DNA of 64,000 nucleotides from Tubulanus polymorphus (Eukaryota; Animalia; Nemertea): NCBI RefSeq assembly GCF_964204645.1, contig NC_134033.1, positions 3,740,131 to 3,804,130 of the forward strand, read 5' to 3'. Shown piece by piece: positions 61,937 to 64,000 of this stretch (position 1 is its first letter; each line of letters starts with the position of its first letter). The notes under the pieces were generated by a model. It saw only the letters and a program-made list of their open reading frames with translations, ran no database searches and was not told where the DNA came from. The position numbers and the translations under genes were made by a program.

Positions 61937-64000
61937 AAAAACACACGAATGAAGATTAGCTGAATGTTGAAAGGGGGTATGACGATAGGGATTTAAATTT
62001 TGTAACATATTTCTATAGAACATTGATTTCAACATCAAAATCTCTGACGTTGCACAATATGAAATAGCATATATTCTTGCACCGATTTTCGATATTTCAT
62101 CACCTGCTCTGCTTGGGATTCGAATTCTCGGAATTAACAATGGTAAAAACTCTCGGAAGCTATATTTGATTACCGGGTCTCGGTCGACTAGGTCTTTGAT
62201 GAAATAACGTTATTATATTTGCACCCAAACAGTCTGTTAAAATACGCAACGTTATTTACAGATGGTCCATTTTGTATATAGCCACACGCATCAGAGGCGC
62301 AGACGACATCGAATCAACAGCGACGTGAACAGTCATCAAACCGTAAGTAATGAATCAGGGAGGAAAAGTTTGCAGAAAATTGTTCAAGCGAATGATTTTG
62401 TTTGATTCATTTCTTTCGGTGATTTCGTGTGTCCAATGAAGACCACAACAATATTCCAAGACCATAACCGTTCTTTTTGCGCATATTAAAGCTTTTCTAG
62501 AATCTGGGCACTGTTGAGCTCGTCACAAAAAATAATTGAGAATGATTTAGAGAGCATCTCGACATTTCGATAGTTTTTTTTCAATTAGAATAACTCGCGG
62601 AGGGGGTTGGGATGGGGGGTTAAGGTATACCGCGGTATGATCACGACTACCGAATATCGATCATTACTATTTGTTTTGAGTATTAATCAAAAAGCTGCTT
62701 GTTCGGAAAAACATGCACTCTTTGTAAGCTCTTTGTTCACTTAGTAAAACATGCACTCTTTACGAGAAATTTGTAGAGGCGTTTTTGTTTATTAAGTCTC
62801 TTAGAGTTTAAAAGCTTTTAACAGATTTCTTTCATGATTTTTTAATTAAAAGTTGTGATCAAGATACATTCGTCAGAGCTTCTCTTTGAATGTGGTCTTG
62901 GGCATGTGTCTGATCAAAGTGGGTTGGGGGTAAAACGAATAAAGACAGTTATTCTAATTGATGCGTCAACTATTGAAATCTTGGGAGACTGCCATAGTCG
63001 ATTGGGTTGGTGCGCGAGCTAATACGGGGTCACTGGAGACTGGGATTGGCTACGAATGTCGTGATTGTGTAATTCACGGAGCCTCCCCTGTTGCGTGAAA
63101 TCATCGATATGTGGTCGGTGAGATCGAATTCAGTAACTGATTTGGGAAAATACCATTATGTAGAAAAAGAAGGACCGTTTTGAGGCCGCACCGAGCTTTA
63201 TTGAGGGGGAGTTCTATTTCATGAAAAAGGCACTTTTTCACCAGGAAAAATAACACTTACCTTAATACCATAAGCGGAGATCTTGAAACGATTTTCTGAG
63301 TACGAATAAATCATTTGTGAATGGATTCTTTTCATTTTTTTTTTCATTTTCCAAAATAAAACGTGAAAATTGTAAACAAATTTTGACGAAAAAGATCTTG
63401 ACCCGAATTTTTTTTCACACTGACTTTTGAAGGGCACAATGAAAATTTTAGGGTTCGTTCACTACCACTGAACACCCTCGATACACGGGAAACACCCGTA
63501 ACACGGTCTCTTCTCTACGTCTAAACCATCCTCGCTTGCCAGGGTTTGATTGCCTCACGGCTAAGGGGCCACCAGTATTGAATTAACCCAATGATATGCG
63601 ATGGTTTTCACCGGCAGATTCCCTACGCATCCCTGATTGGGTACATAGACTGGTGGCCGCTTAGCGGTTCGACGGTTCCTGGCTGACAAGAGCGCACTTT
63701 TAATAATAATAACGATTTCACGCGGGGACAATACATATCTCAATTATCTGTCGTTTGTTGATAAATGCCAAAACACCGAAGTGGTACCTGCAGCGAGTGA
63801 GGGTGACATCTGACGCCCATTTCATTTTTTTCATGTGATAGATTATTCAATGATTCGACTGGCGTGTTTCAGTGGGTTTAGGCATCGGAAAACTAATGAA
63901 ATATCCAAACGTCTGATTTTACAATATTTTGTATTTATGAACATCATTATCATTATTAAGTATCTTAATCGCCTTTGCGGCCGATCACATGTGCGCTCAT
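61937..64000 (+). repeat. Second copy of the ~2-kb block (incomplete at window end)
   Basis: Colinear with 55290-57350. Confidence 0.88.

Overview
Eukaryotic, intron-rich and repeat-rich DNA from an invertebrate animal (probably spiralian; this is inference). There are no prokaryotic operons, CRISPR arrays or rRNA. Genes reconstructed by hand from GT-AG splice sites, in order: ZRSR2 (11 coding exons, -) head-to-head with an intronless CDC123 (+); an EPSTI1-like gene (7 exons, +); three intronless paralogous class I SAM-dependent, histamine-N-methyltransferase-like genes (+,-,-); a PLEKHB/evectin PH-domain gene (-) head-to-head with a Tartan/Capricious-like LRR transmembrane gene (+); an intronless FMRFamide-receptor-like GPCR (+); and a broken GPCR (-). 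The main find is a three-exon gene at 57470-58382 that the ORF track misses. It encodes a 90-aa secreted peptide with 9 Cys in CxxxC-type pairs, a toxin- or pheromone-like architecture. Its ~2 kb upstream block is duplicated at the window end, suggesting a tandem paralogue just past 64000. The rest is minisatellites and nested non-autonomous transposons: IS3EU-like (6-bp TSD), piggyBac-like (TTAA), Harbinger-like, Tc1/mariner-like, a tRNA-SINE, and BEL/Pao and LINE relics. All coordinates and family assignments were read by eye and from recalled family motifs; no database searches were run.
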